Assembly (NCBI GenBank): GCA_041577295.1
Contig: JBFGJG010000017.1
Span: 1 to 64,000 of the forward strand
DNA length: 64,000 nucleotides
Origin: Gemmatimonadales bacterium
Lineage (GTDB): Bacteria; Gemmatimonadota; Gemmatimonadetes; Gemmatimonadales; GWC2-71-9
Reading direction: 5' to 3'
Position 1 is the stretch's first letter; each line of letters opens with the position of its first letter. Both the position numbers and the translations under genes were made by a program. This document shows, piece after piece, positions 18,015 to 27,427 of this stretch. The notes beneath the pieces are model-generated. The model was not told where the DNA came from. It saw only the letters and a list, made by a program, of their open reading frames with translations, and searched no databases.

Positions 18015-19468
18015 TGCAATCGATAAAGCCCCGGACCACCGACGAATTGAAACACGGTCTGGAGCGTCGTATCCGAACGGGTCACGAGTCGGTCGACGAG
18101 CGCTTGCTCGGGCACGTCTGGGCCGGTCACCACAAGGTGCGTGGTCTGCAAGTCACAGAGGTAAGCCGCGGCAGCGACCCGATCTCCCCCTCCTTCCATC
18201 CCCTTGGGAAATGGCACGGCTCGACGGCCAGTGTAGAGCCACACGAGCGCGGGTCGATTCGTTGCGATGACCGCATCGGGAGGTGTCTCGACCGTGATGG
18301 CAGGAGCGAGGATCGTGTACGGGGCGCTGGCTCGGATGGCGGGAGCGGCGAACTGCCGTCCGGACAACGCAGCGATTTCCCACCAGCCGTAGGACACCAG
18401 GCATATCGAGACCGCAACCGCCACCGACAACTTGAGCACGGGACCCTTCCTCCACCCGGCCGAGAGCCCCGCCGCTAGGAGCGTCAGGAACCAGGGCATT
18501 CCAATCCACACAGCCTGCGCGGGCGCGAAGGGCCAAAAGCTCGTCCACACTAGGAACGCTAGGAACGACGAGGTCATTCCCGGCGCCCTGGAGGCAAGTC
18601 GCCACGCGCCCCACAGTGCGAGTGCGAAGATGACTACGGCAGCGGCGTGCCAGAGAGGCGTGGGCACTGAAGGGATGAGCGCGCCGACCAGTGGAGTGGC
18701 TGCCCCGACCGGTGCTCGCGGAACGAACGCGTCGAGACTCAGCCCACGAAGCCTCGCGATCACCGAACCGCTTGGATCCGCATGCCACGACCACAGAAAC
18801 CACGGTGTAGTGGTCGCAAACCAGCCTAATAAAGCGATGGCCGCGTGCCGAACACTGCCTCGATACGTGAGCGCTACGGCGACGCCTACGATCACGGCGA
18901 CACCGGCACCGCTCGCCAACGTCGCGAGCCCACTCAGCACACCAGCAGCCACCGCTGTGCGGGGCGAGACCATCTTGCCGTCGGCGACGAAGACCGCGCC
19001 CACCCAACACAGCAACAGGACTGGCCCGGGAGAGCGAATGCCAGCGAGTACGAGCAGGGGCAAGGCGAGAAAGCCGAGGGGAAGGGCGATGTACTGCACC
19101 AACGGCGACAGGTTACGCCTGCGAGCGTAGAGCGCCGTGAGCCATGCGGCGCTCGCGAGGGCTGCAGCGTCGAACAACTGAAACAGCGTCACATTGTCCG
19201 GGAACGTTGGCCAGAGACGCCAGAGAAAACCGAGGATTGCGGGATAGAGGACGGGATAGTGTACACCGGCGGGGGCCCCCGGAAGATGTAGATGCCGGTA
19301 CCCCTCGCCAAGCCCCAACGCGCTACCCAGAGCGACGTAGATTCCGTCTTGGCCAAACGCGCCAACCATGATCCGGTCTAATTGCGCCCACAACGCCAAC
19401 GCAAAGACACCCACGGCGAGCAACTGAGGCCAGTGTGAGCTCGGAGGTTGCTGCTCAGGTGCCGTCAT
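18002..19468 (-). CDS. GT-C-like polytopic membrane protein
   Basis: DGIYVALG..L..GEGY, HYPVLYP, many TMs. It has QD where DD is usual. Confidence 0.65.
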   Translation of the reverse strand: MTAPEQQPPSSHWPQLLAVGVFALALWAQLDRIMVGAFGQDGIYVALGSALGLGEGYRHLHLPGAPAGVHYPVLYPAILGFLWRLWPTFPDNVTLFQLFDAAALASAAWLTALYARRRNLSPLVQYIALPLGFLALPLLVLAGIRSPGPVLLLCWVGAVFVADGKMVSPRTAVAAGVLSGLATLASGAGVAVIVGVAVALTYRGSVRHAAIALLGWFATTTPWFLWSWHADPSGSVIARLRGLSLDAFVPRAPVGAATPLVGALIPSVPTPLWHAAAVVIFALALWGAWRLASRAPGMTSSFLAFLVWTSFWPFAPAQAVWIGMPWFLTLLAAGLSAGWRKGPVLKLSVAVAVSICLVSYGWWEIAALSGRQFAAPAIRASAPYTILAPAITVETPPDAVIATNRPALVWLYTGRRAVPFPKGMEGGGDRVAAAAYLCDLQTTHLVVTGPDVPEQALVDRLVTRSDTTLQTVFQFVGGPGLYRLQCQG

Positions 19469-21506
19469 GGATATCGGTCGGGCTTGTCAGGGGCGTCAGG
19501 ATCGGAGGTGCGTCGGGGTCCCCCGGCGGTGGGCTGTAACGCCATACCTCCCAGTTCTGATACCTGGCTAACAGGTCGTCGAGCCTATCACCAGGCTCTC
19601 GTGCGAACACGATCCCGCGGTCGAGGCCCACCGGGTTACGCCACGCGAGGCTACCGTAGAGAGCGAACCCGCGGAGATCCCGCTGCATCTCGCGCTCACA
19701 TTCCGCCGTCAGGGACACTGGCGAACGCAGCCGGAGGGTTGGGTCCGGCCACCCCTGCACCCGCTTGACGGGGCCTGTGGCCGAGTCCATCAGCCTCGCG
19801 AGACGCATCTCGGCATATGCTTCTTCTCCCTCCCGCCGGATCTGCGCGGCAAAGCTGTGGAGTTCACACGCGTCGAGTTGCCGGTACGCCCGCTCAGCGA
19901 GCCCGGGTCGAACACCGAGTACCCAAAGGTTCACAACGATGCGGGCACCCCAACTTTCGGGAACCAACACGAGGGCCTCTTCAACGCCGCGTTTCGCCAG
20001 GGTTCGCTCGGGGTGCTGCTTGAGGACCGGAAGAAAACCGACACGGTATGCGCGCAGCCGGGCTGGAAACAGACTGACTGTGCCCCATACGACGACGATT
20101 AGTGCACCCACACTTAGAGCGGCTTCCCACCGAACGTGAGGGGTCGATCGTCTCCGTAGTTGGCGGCATCCCCACACGAACGCTCGAGCGGTGCCGACGA
20201 TGAGGAAGGGTGCGATGGTGTAGTAGAAGCGGGGCCCAGGGTAGAAACCGGAATGCCAGTAAAAAAAGTACAGCGCAGGTATGGCGAGGATCCCGGTTGC
20301 AACCAGCAAGTCAGCCATTCGTCGATGCTTGGCGAACAACGCCCATATTGCAATTGGGAGCAACGCGGGAATGGGCCACTCGAATAGATAGATGTGTAAC
20401 CGCCGTACCGCTGCCGCGAGGTGCCCCAGTGCGACGAGTGGGGTGAAATCGAGCCCCCAAACGTCGGTGTGGAAGCCCATGCGTTGCTCCTGACCGTACA
20501 GTGCGAGATAGCCCAACTCCAGCGGATGTCCGAACACGCGCCAATTGAACAGCGCGAAGAGCATCACGACCACGAGACCGCCGAGTCCGACCCATCCTCC
20601 CGCGCGCCAGCGGCGTCGCACAAGAATCCAGACACCAATCGGGAGAGCCGCGGCGACAGCGTCGAGCGGCCGGGTGGCGCCGACGGCACCGAGTAACGAG
20701 CCCGCGAGCAGGAAGTGATGCCAGCGGGGTCGGCGGAGCGCCAGCGCGAGAGTCCACGCACCGAGCGCAAACACGACGGCCGCGGCGTGATTCATGTAGG
20801 TAGCCGACATTGTGAGCGTCCACGCCGAGGTGGCCCACAACACCGCGGCGAGCAAGGCCGTGCGTCGACCGTAGAGTCCGCGTGCGAGCAGGTAGACCAG
20901 CACGAGAGAGACGCCGCCGAGAATCGGGTTGATGAGCCACTCCAACCCAATGCCCATTCCAACGGCGAGGAGAAGCGAATGGGCCGGTGGAAACTGGGAG
21001 ACCCATCCCGCCGGTGCAATCCATGTGTGCAGGAACAGAAACGCTTCGGGCGGATCGGGTGGTGGTGCGGCCAGCCGACCGGCGAGGAACACGCGGGCCT
21101 GAAATAGCTGCGCCATTTCGTCGACGGAATGCGGGTTTGCCGCAAACGCCCACCAGGCGATGAATGCCGCGACCGCCACAAAGGTCATGGCGAGACCACA
21201 AGCGATCAGCGCACCGTTGGCATAGACCCACTTGGGGCCGCGTAAACGGATCCGCGAAGCCAGGCGCCCCCCTATCACGGCACCCGCGATGACAACCAGC
21301 GTCCCCAGCAGCCAAGCGCGCACGTGGATGGCGAAGTCCGGGCCGAGATCTGAACTACCAGTCCAGGCAGCGATCGGAAGCGCGGCGAGAACAACGGCCC
21401 CCGCCCCGATCACCCCCCAGAGGATGCGAATCACCGACTGTTGGGCTTTGGCGGAAGGAGGTTGAAGCGGAGAATGTGCCAGAGGGCGGCGACGCCGTCG
21501 CGCCAA
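19455..21506 (-). CDS. GT-C (ArnT/PMT-like) membrane glycosyltransferase
   Basis: DEMAQLFQA, SQFPP, many TMs, RP.D, GPRFYY. Start uncertain. Confidence 0.75.
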   Translation of the reverse strand: MARRRRRPLAHSPLQPPSAKAQQSVIRILWGVIGAGAVVLAALPIAAWTGSSDLGPDFAIHVRAWLLGTLVVIAGAVIGGRLASRIRLRGPKWVYANGALIACGLAMTFVAVAAFIAWWAFAANPHSVDEMAQLFQARVFLAGRLAAPPPDPPEAFLFLHTWIAPAGWVSQFPPAHSLLLAVGMGIGLEWLINPILGGVSLVLVYLLARGLYGRRTALLAAVLWATSAWTLTMSATYMNHAAAVVFALGAWTLALALRRPRWHHFLLAGSLLGAVGATRPLDAVAAALPIGVWILVRRRWRAGGWVGLGGLVVVMLFALFNWRVFGHPLELGYLALYGQEQRMGFHTDVWGLDFTPLVALGHLAAAVRRLHIYLFEWPIPALLPIAIWALFAKHRRMADLLVATGILAIPALYFFYWHSGFYPGPRFYYTIAPFLIVGTARAFVWGCRQLRRRSTPHVRWEAALSVGALIVVVWGTVSLFPARLRAYRVGFLPVLKQHPERTLAKRGVEEALVLVPESWGARIVVNLWVLGVRPGLAERAYRQLDACELHSFAAQIRREGEEAYAEMRLARLMDSATGPVKRVQGWPDPTLRLRSPVSLTAECEREMQRDLRGFALYGSLAWRNPVGLDRGIVFAREPGDRLDDLLARYQNWEVWRYSPPPGDPDAPPILTPLTSPTDIHDGT

Positions 21507-22162
21507 TCGATTTTCTTTCCTTCAGCGTAGGTTCGGCCGCTGTAGCTGATTGGCAGCTCCCAGATGCGTGCGTGCGCTCGAGCGAGCCGCGCCGTGAGCT
21601 CGACCTCGATCCCAAACCGGTCGGAGACGAGTGGAATGGACTTCAGTAGGTCCGCCCTCACCATCTTATAACACGTTTCCATATCCGTGAGGTTGAGATC
21701 GGTGAGCATGTTCGAGAGCAACGTGAGGAGCTTGTTTCCAACGGCGTGCCAGAAGAAGAGTACGCGCCGCGGCCCGCTTTGGAACCTCGATCCGAACACG
21801 GCGTCGGCTTTGCCAACTCGGATCGGGTCGATGAGTGATGGGAGGTCAGCTGGATCGTATTCGAGATCGGCGTCCTGAATCACGACCACGTGTCCCGTGG
21901 CGGCTTTGATGCCGGCGCGCACCGCGGCCCCTTTTCCCCGATTCCTTCGAAAGTGGATGACCCGATCGATCTGACCACATTCGTGTAGCTTGTCCAGCAC
22001 CTTGCCGGTCCCATCGGATGAGCCGTCATTCACCGCTACGACCTCGACGCGCAGTGGGATCTGTTTGATGCGCTCAACGGAGGCCGCTACGGTGGCCTCT
22101 TCGTTGTACACTGGCATCACCGCCGAGAGAACGATCTCATCCCAGCTAGTGGGGATGCTCAC
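21431..22162 (-). CDS. GT2 polyprenol-phosphate glycosyltransferase (DPM1-like)
   Basis: PVYNE, NDGSSDGT, NRGKGAA, QDADLEYDP, LTDMETCYK, EGKKI. GTG 22162 is coupled to the upstream stop. Confidence 0.9.
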   Translation of the reverse strand: MSIPTSWDEIVLSAVMPVYNEEATVAASVERIKQIPLRVEVVAVNDGSSDGTGKVLDKLHECGQIDRVIHFRRNRGKGAAVRAGIKAATGHVVVIQDADLEYDPADLPSLIDPIRVGKADAVFGSRFQSGPRRVLFFWHAVGNKLLTLLSNMLTDLNLTDMETCYKMVRADLLKSIPLVSDRFGIEVELTARLARAHARIWELPISYSGRTYAEGKKIDWRDGVAALWHILRFNLLPPKPNSR

Positions 22163-22896
22163 CGTTTCCTCCCGCCGATCGCAATGAGGGATTGCCCGAC
22201 TCGAAACGGCAAGTGACGCTCGAGTCGAAACAACGGGACGAGCTTGTCGTACAGCGCGAGCGGACCGGAGGGAATCATGCGGCGTCGAAGCACTCGGCCG
22301 GTGAGCCACCACCCCGGAATGCCAGCCAGGTTGAACCACTCCATGTGCCGGACCTCGAGCCCCGCCTCTTGGTACCGTTGCCGTAGTACCTTGGGTGTGT
22401 AACGACGGTAGTGTCCCAGCATGCGGTCGAGCGATCCATAAATCGCTGGGAGCGCCGGAACGAGGAGCACCAAGTGACCCGCTTCCTGCAACATGTCACG
22501 CATCGCTACGAGCGATGCCACGTCATCGCGAATGTGCTCCAGAACATTGAGGCAAATGATCGTATCGAAACGCTCATCAGTTAACGACGGCGGAACGTCC
22601 GGCAGGGCAAGCTCTGACACCGTCAGACCGGGACGATCGAACCGTCGTTTGAGTGCCTCGCGGTAGGCGGCGTCGGTATCGGTGAGGACCACCCGCTCTC
22701 GCCCAATGAAGAACTGCGACATGTTGCCGATGCCCGATCCGATCTCGAGGATTCGGTTGCCGATCCACGGCGCCAGGCGATCGTACATCCAGCGGTTGTA
22801 CGCCGGTGCGCCCGCCATGCGCTCGAGCGTTGCAGCACCAACTTCGTCGACGGCAGCGAACGCCGTCGCTGCCGGACCTGGATGCTGATGGGCCAT
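22159..22896 (-). CDS. Class I SAM-dependent methyltransferase
   Basis: LEIGSGIG, NVLEH, VPA, GHYRRY. Start moved to ATG 22896. Confidence 0.88.
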   Translation of the reverse strand: MAHQHPGPAATAFAAVDEVGAATLERMAGAPAYNRWMYDRLAPWIGNRILEIGSGIGNMSQFFIGRERVVLTDTDAAYREALKRRFDRPGLTVSELALPDVPPSLTDERFDTIICLNVLEHIRDDVASLVAMRDMLQEAGHLVLLVPALPAIYGSLDRMLGHYRRYTPKVLRQRYQEAGLEVRHMEWFNLAGIPGWWLTGRVLRRRMIPSGPLALYDKLVPLFRLERHLPFRVGQSLIAIGGRKR

Positions 22897-22909
22897 CACG
22901 CGAGCGGCC

Positions 22910-25900
22910 TCACCCACCCGTACGGACCCCGTTGGCCGCCGCCGTCTCCATGTCGTGTACCCACGTGAGATAGGCATCTAGCAATCGCACGCGGAAGGTC
23001 GTACGTACGGCCTCGTTCTCCGCGAGGATGGCATCGTAGAGCCGTTTCGCATCCTCGTAATCGCCCATCCGCAGTTTGGCGACCACTCCCCCCTCGAGCA
23101 GATCCTTGGCGGAAACCCAACCATCGCCATCCAGCACAGTGGGTAGTAGCGAGTCGGCGAGTGGCGCCGCGCGCTCGAAGTCCCAGGCGGCGAGCGCATG
23201 ATAGTATGCAACCGCCTGGCGAACTGGAGTGGGAGCCCGATGGCGCGCGAGATAACGTTCGGTTTCGGCGTGCAGCTGCGTGTCGAGCACACCAGCCGTC
23301 CCGCGGTTGCGATCGCGCTCGACCGCCAGCCAACTGCCGAGCCACACCTTCCAGTCCTGAGGTCGGGCATCCGCGCGCAGCATACCCTGCCACTGTAGCT
23401 GGCGGAACTGCGCGACGTCGAGGCCACCGGGTCGCGTCAACGAATCGAGCGACTCGGCCGCTGTCGGTGGTTGGCGGAGTGCCGCGCCGAGCGCCAAGGC
23501 CTGGACCCGCGGAACCGCCGGAATCGGCACCGCCATATCGTCAGCACCCCCGGGGCGCACGCGGCGCCCAAAAAACGGCGCCGTGGGATCGAATCGCTCG
23601 GTCATGAGGCTGCGAACTCCGTCCGCGAAGCCATTCAGATATCGCGCCCGCTCAGCTCCGAGGTCGAGCACGGGATAGTAGTCCGAGTTGGCTTGACCCC
23701 AACCCTCGAGCAGCGGCGCCAACGCAGCACGGTGGGATACGCGGGCGGCCTCGAGAGCATGGGGTGTGAGGTTCGTAAGACGGCAAAAGTCCTCGACGAC
23801 GCCCGGGTATTGGACGATCGACCAGTCTGCGATCGGTGGCTGGGGACCGTTGCTCGCGATGACGAGCATATCCCAACCCGCTGTCATGAACACTTCGAAC
23901 CATCGGAAGTTCTGATAAACGGCCGCGAGCACGGAAAGCGCCAAGCCGTCCTGCAGCTCGTAGAGGTGTAACCACTGCGCAAAGACCCCGCGTTCACTGA
24001 GAGACCGCGCCACGTGTCCGTAGAACTCGGTGGTGAAGAGGCTCGCGACTCCGCTTACCCATGGGTTCGATGGCTCGGAAAGGATGAGATCGTAGCCACC
24101 GCGCGCGGTAGCCATGTAGCTTCGCGCATCGGCAATCACCATCCTTGACCGGGGATCATCGAACACGCGCCCATTCGCCGGATAAAACGCGCGAGATCCT
24201 TCCACCATCGACGGTTCGATCTCGATCGTCGTCACCGTCTCCGTGTGGGGATTCCCCAGTAGCGTGTGCGACGACATTCCCGTCCCGTGGCCAATCACGG
24301 CCACTTGGCGCGCACGTGGTGCATGGGCAAGGGCAATCAGCGGCGCGAGCGTTTGAGTGGTGGCATCGCCAGCGAGCGGATGACGCCGGGTCGTCGCCGT
24401 ACACGGTTCGAGCCACCAGAGGGGCAAGGACCCGTCGGGCTTCCCATTGGTGCTGATGATGTACATCGGCTGCGCAGTCGCCGCGGTAACTGAGACCGTG
24501 GCCGTCCGACCGTCGTGATAGTACACGACTTCTGATTCGAACGGTTTCCCACCGTGGCGAAATACGCCACTCGTGAGCATAAGCCGGTCGAACTGGAGGC
24601 CGGCCGCGACACCGACACACGCCACCACCGTCGCCGCTGCCGCACCGGCCGGAAGCCAACGCATGACCGGCCGTTTGCGTGCGGCCACGAGGAGGATTGC
24701 GACTCCGAGCGACATGTCGAGCGCGGCCGCGCCGATGAGCACCGCCCGCACACCGATCATCGGCATGAGCATCACCCCGGCGAGCGCCACCCCTACGATC
24801 GATCCAAACGTATTGATCCCGTAGACCTGACCGATGGCCTTCTCACCCACCCCGCCTACGACGAGTGTTCGGGTGATGAGGGGAAGCGTGATCCCAGCGC
24901 AGAACGTCGATGGGAGCATCACTACGAGGCAGATGATGTAACGCGAGAGTGTGAAGCCCAGGTAGCCGCCGTCCGACTTTGCGAAGGCCCCCATGAGACT
25001 CGCCATCCAGCCAAACGAGGCGATGTAGAGCGGCAACGTGGCCAAGGCGGCAAGGCCCATGACCCACTGCACAACACCGAGGGCACGCAGGGGGTCTGCC
25101 CAGCCATCGGCGCGTGATCGTACCCAGAATGACCCGAGCGCCAACCCGAGTATGAACGCCGACAGCATCAGCTCAAACGAGTGCGTTGCGCTCCCGAGCA
25201 CGAGCGCCAGCATACGGAGCCACGCGATCTCGTACATGAACGACGCGACCGCCGTACCAAAGCTGACGATCAACAGAAGCCGCAGGAGCTGCGGCGTGGA
25301 GAGGTCTCCAAAGCGGGTGTGGGGCGTCTGCTCGGTGACGGGTGCGGGTTGCGGGGCTTCGGGTGAGCCACCTCGAGCAACCACATACGCCACCAGGCCC
25401 ACCAACAGATTGAGAATGGCGGCCATCAGCAGTGTGCCGGGAAGACCCGCCGCCGCCAGCAAGTAGAAGCCGGCAACCAGTACACCGCCGGCCGCACCGA
25501 GGCTGTTGGCGAAGTAGAGCACGGCAAGCGTTCGGCCGGGCATCCGGGGGAAGTGCCTCAACACACCCGCGCCCATGAGTGGGAACGTCGTGCCAAGGAG
25601 GATCGACTGCGGGGCAATCAGTGCGCCGGCCAGCACCCATTTGGTGATCGGCAACCACACGGTACCTGCGGTGGCGGGAAAGATCGTAGCGTACGCGAAC
25701 CCGGTGACCGCGCCATACACGTCGTGGAACACGATCCCGATTGCGCCGACGATAATCTCGACAACGGCATACCACTTGAGCGGATTGCGCAGGCCGGTCG
25801 TGCGGGATCCCACGAGCAACGCCCCGAGCGCCATCCCCCCCAAGAAGATGCTGATGACGAGAATCTGCGCGTATGCGCTGTGGCCGACGAAGAGACCTAG

Positions 25901-25978
25901 GTATCGCGCCCAGATCGATTCATAGATCAGGCCCGCCGCACCAGAGAGGACAAAGATCGTGTAGAGGACTATTCGCAT
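22910..25978 (-). CDS. Fused MFS-like membrane domain / spermidine synthase-like protein
   Basis: SGAAGLIYE..W and YEIAWLR TM repeats, NGKPDG, IGHGTG, EIEP, ADAR, SEPSNPW.SG.ASLFT.EFY. Confidence 0.85.
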   Translation of the reverse strand: MRIVLYTIFVLSGAAGLIYESIWARYLGLFVGHSAYAQILVISIFLGGMALGALLVGSRTTGLRNPLKWYAVVEIIVGAIGIVFHDVYGAVTGFAYATIFPATAGTVWLPITKWVLAGALIAPQSILLGTTFPLMGAGVLRHFPRMPGRTLAVLYFANSLGAAGGVLVAGFYLLAAAGLPGTLLMAAILNLLVGLVAYVVARGGSPEAPQPAPVTEQTPHTRFGDLSTPQLLRLLLIVSFGTAVASFMYEIAWLRMLALVLGSATHSFELMLSAFILGLALGSFWVRSRADGWADPLRALGVVQWVMGLAALATLPLYIASFGWMASLMGAFAKSDGGYLGFTLSRYIICLVVMLPSTFCAGITLPLITRTLVVGGVGEKAIGQVYGINTFGSIVGVALAGVMLMPMIGVRAVLIGAAALDMSLGVAILLVAARKRPVMRWLPAGAAAATVVACVGVAAGLQFDRLMLTSGVFRHGGKPFESEVVYYHDGRTATVSVTAATAQPMYIISTNGKPDGSLPLWWLEPCTATTRRHPLAGDATTQTLAPLIALAHAPRARQVAVIGHGTGMSSHTLLGNPHTETVTTIEIEPSMVEGSRAFYPANGRVFDDPRSRMVIADARSYMATARGGYDLILSEPSNPWVSGVASLFTTEFYGHVARSLSERGVFAQWLHLYELQDGLALSVLAAVYQNFRWFEVFMTAGWDMLVIASNGPQPPIADWSIVQYPGVVEDFCRLTNLTPHALEAARVSHRAALAPLLEGWGQANSDYYPVLDLGAERARYLNGFADGVRSLMTERFDPTAPFFGRRVRPGGADDMAVPIPAVPRVQALALGAALRQPPTAAESLDSLTRPGGLDVAQFRQLQWQGMLRADARPQDWKVWLGSWLAVERDRNRGTAGVLDTQLHAETERYLARHRAPTPVRQAVAYYHALAAWDFERAAPLADSLLPTVLDGDGWVSAKDLLEGGVVAKLRMGDYEDAKRLYDAILAENEAVRTTFRVRLLDAYLTWVHDMETAAANGVRTGG

Positions 25979-26053
25979 CCGAACATCCCGTGTTGGCTCA
26001 GTAACGCTGGCGTGGTTTCAGGACTGCGAAGCGTGAATAACCAACCCGGAACG

Positions 26054-27427
26054 TCAACTGGGCTGGGCATCGTAGCGCGCCAGTTTTCGATACAGCGTGG
26101 AGGGGTCGATTCCCAACACCTCCGCCGCTCGGCTCTTGTTGCCGCCCTCGGACTGGAGCACCCAGCTGATATACGCACGCTCGATGATCTCGAGCGTGGG
26201 GTTTTCCGGTAGCCGGTCCGTCACCAACGGTTCCGCCCGCCGGTGCGTGACCCGCTCGGGAAGCGCCGTTGCGTCGACGTCCTGGCCTTGGCTCAAGATG
26301 ATTGCGTGTTCGAGCGCGTTCTCCAGCTCGCGCACGTTCCCGGGCCAGTCGTATTCCATCAGCGATTCGAGCGCCGTGCCATTCAGCTGTTTGAAAGGCT
26401 CCGCGCGCTGCTGGGCGATGCGCTGGAGGAACGCATCAGCGAGAAGCGGGATGTCCTCCCGTCGATTCCGCAACGGCGGCAGGTGCAGGGTGATCACGTT
26501 GAGCCGGTAGTAAAGATCCGTCCGAAACCCACCGCGCCGAATCTCCTCATCCAAGTCCCGATTCGTCGCGGCGATCACTCGGACATCGACGGGAATGGGT
26601 TCCGTCCCACCGACAGGAAGCGCCTCGCGTTCTTGCAACACACGCAGCAGCTTCACCTGCGTGGATGGCTGCATCTCGGCGATCTCATCTAGGAAGAACG
26701 ACCCACCCCGAGCCGCTGCGAACATGCCCTGTTTGTCACGAACCGCACCGGTGAACGACCCTTTCACGTGACCAAAGAGCTCGGACTCCAGCAGACTCTC
26801 CGGCAACGCGCCGCAGTTGATTGAAAAGAAGGGACCTTCACTTCGCTCAGAGAGCTCGTGGATGTAACGTGCCAGTACTTCTTTTCCGGTTCCACTTTCG
26901 CCGAGGATGAGCACCGTCGACTCGGTTGGAGCCACCTGCTCTGCGAGCTTCAGCACCTCGAGAAAGGTCCGGGCCTTACCGATGGGCTTGATGCTCTTTG
27001 ATCGCTCGCGCCTGCGGATCTCCCGCTTGAGGTGCTTGTTCTCCGAGCGGAGCGCTCGGAACTCGTAGGCGCGACGACAGATGGCGATGAGGTCGTCGTT
27101 GGCGAACGGTTTTTGAATGTAGTAGTAGGCTCCTTGATTGACGGCCTGGATCGCGTCCTGGAGAGACGTATGCGCGGTCATGAGGATGACCGGCATTTCG
27201 GGATCCTGGTCGCGCGCGGCCTTCAGAATATCGATCCCCGACGCGTAGGGCATTTTCACGTCGGTGAGGACGATATCCGGGTTCGCTGATTTGAGCGCTT
27301 CGAGTCCGGCTCTCCCACCCTGTGCAGTGTCGACGCTGAAACCCGAATTCTTCAGCAGGATCGTGAGGGTCTCGAGAATGCCTGACTCGTCGTCGATGAC
27401 GAGTATACTCGGCTGGTACTGACTCAC
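26054..27427 (-). CDS. pilR: Sigma54-dependent response regulator PilR
   Basis: Receiver domain, GESGTGKE, GSFTGA, WPGNVREL, HTH. GTG 27427 is coupled to the pilS stop. Confidence 0.85.
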   Translation of the reverse strand: MSQYQPSILVIDDESGILETLTILLKNSGFSVDTAQGGRAGLEALKSANPDIVLTDVKMPYASGIDILKAARDQDPEMPVILMTAHTSLQDAIQAVNQGAYYYIQKPFANDDLIAICRRAYEFRALRSENKHLKREIRRRERSKSIKPIGKARTFLEVLKLAEQVAPTESTVLILGESGTGKEVLARYIHELSERSEGPFFSINCGALPESLLESELFGHVKGSFTGAVRDKQGMFAAARGGSFFLDEIAEMQPSTQVKLLRVLQEREALPVGGTEPIPVDVRVIAATNRDLDEEIRRGGFRTDLYYRLNVITLHLPPLRNRREDIPLLADAFLQRIAQQRAEPFKQLNGTALESLMEYDWPGNVRELENALEHAIILSQGQDVDATALPERVTHRRAEPLVTDRLPENPTLEIIERAYISWVLQSEGGNKSRAAEVLGIDPSTLYRKLARYDAQPS

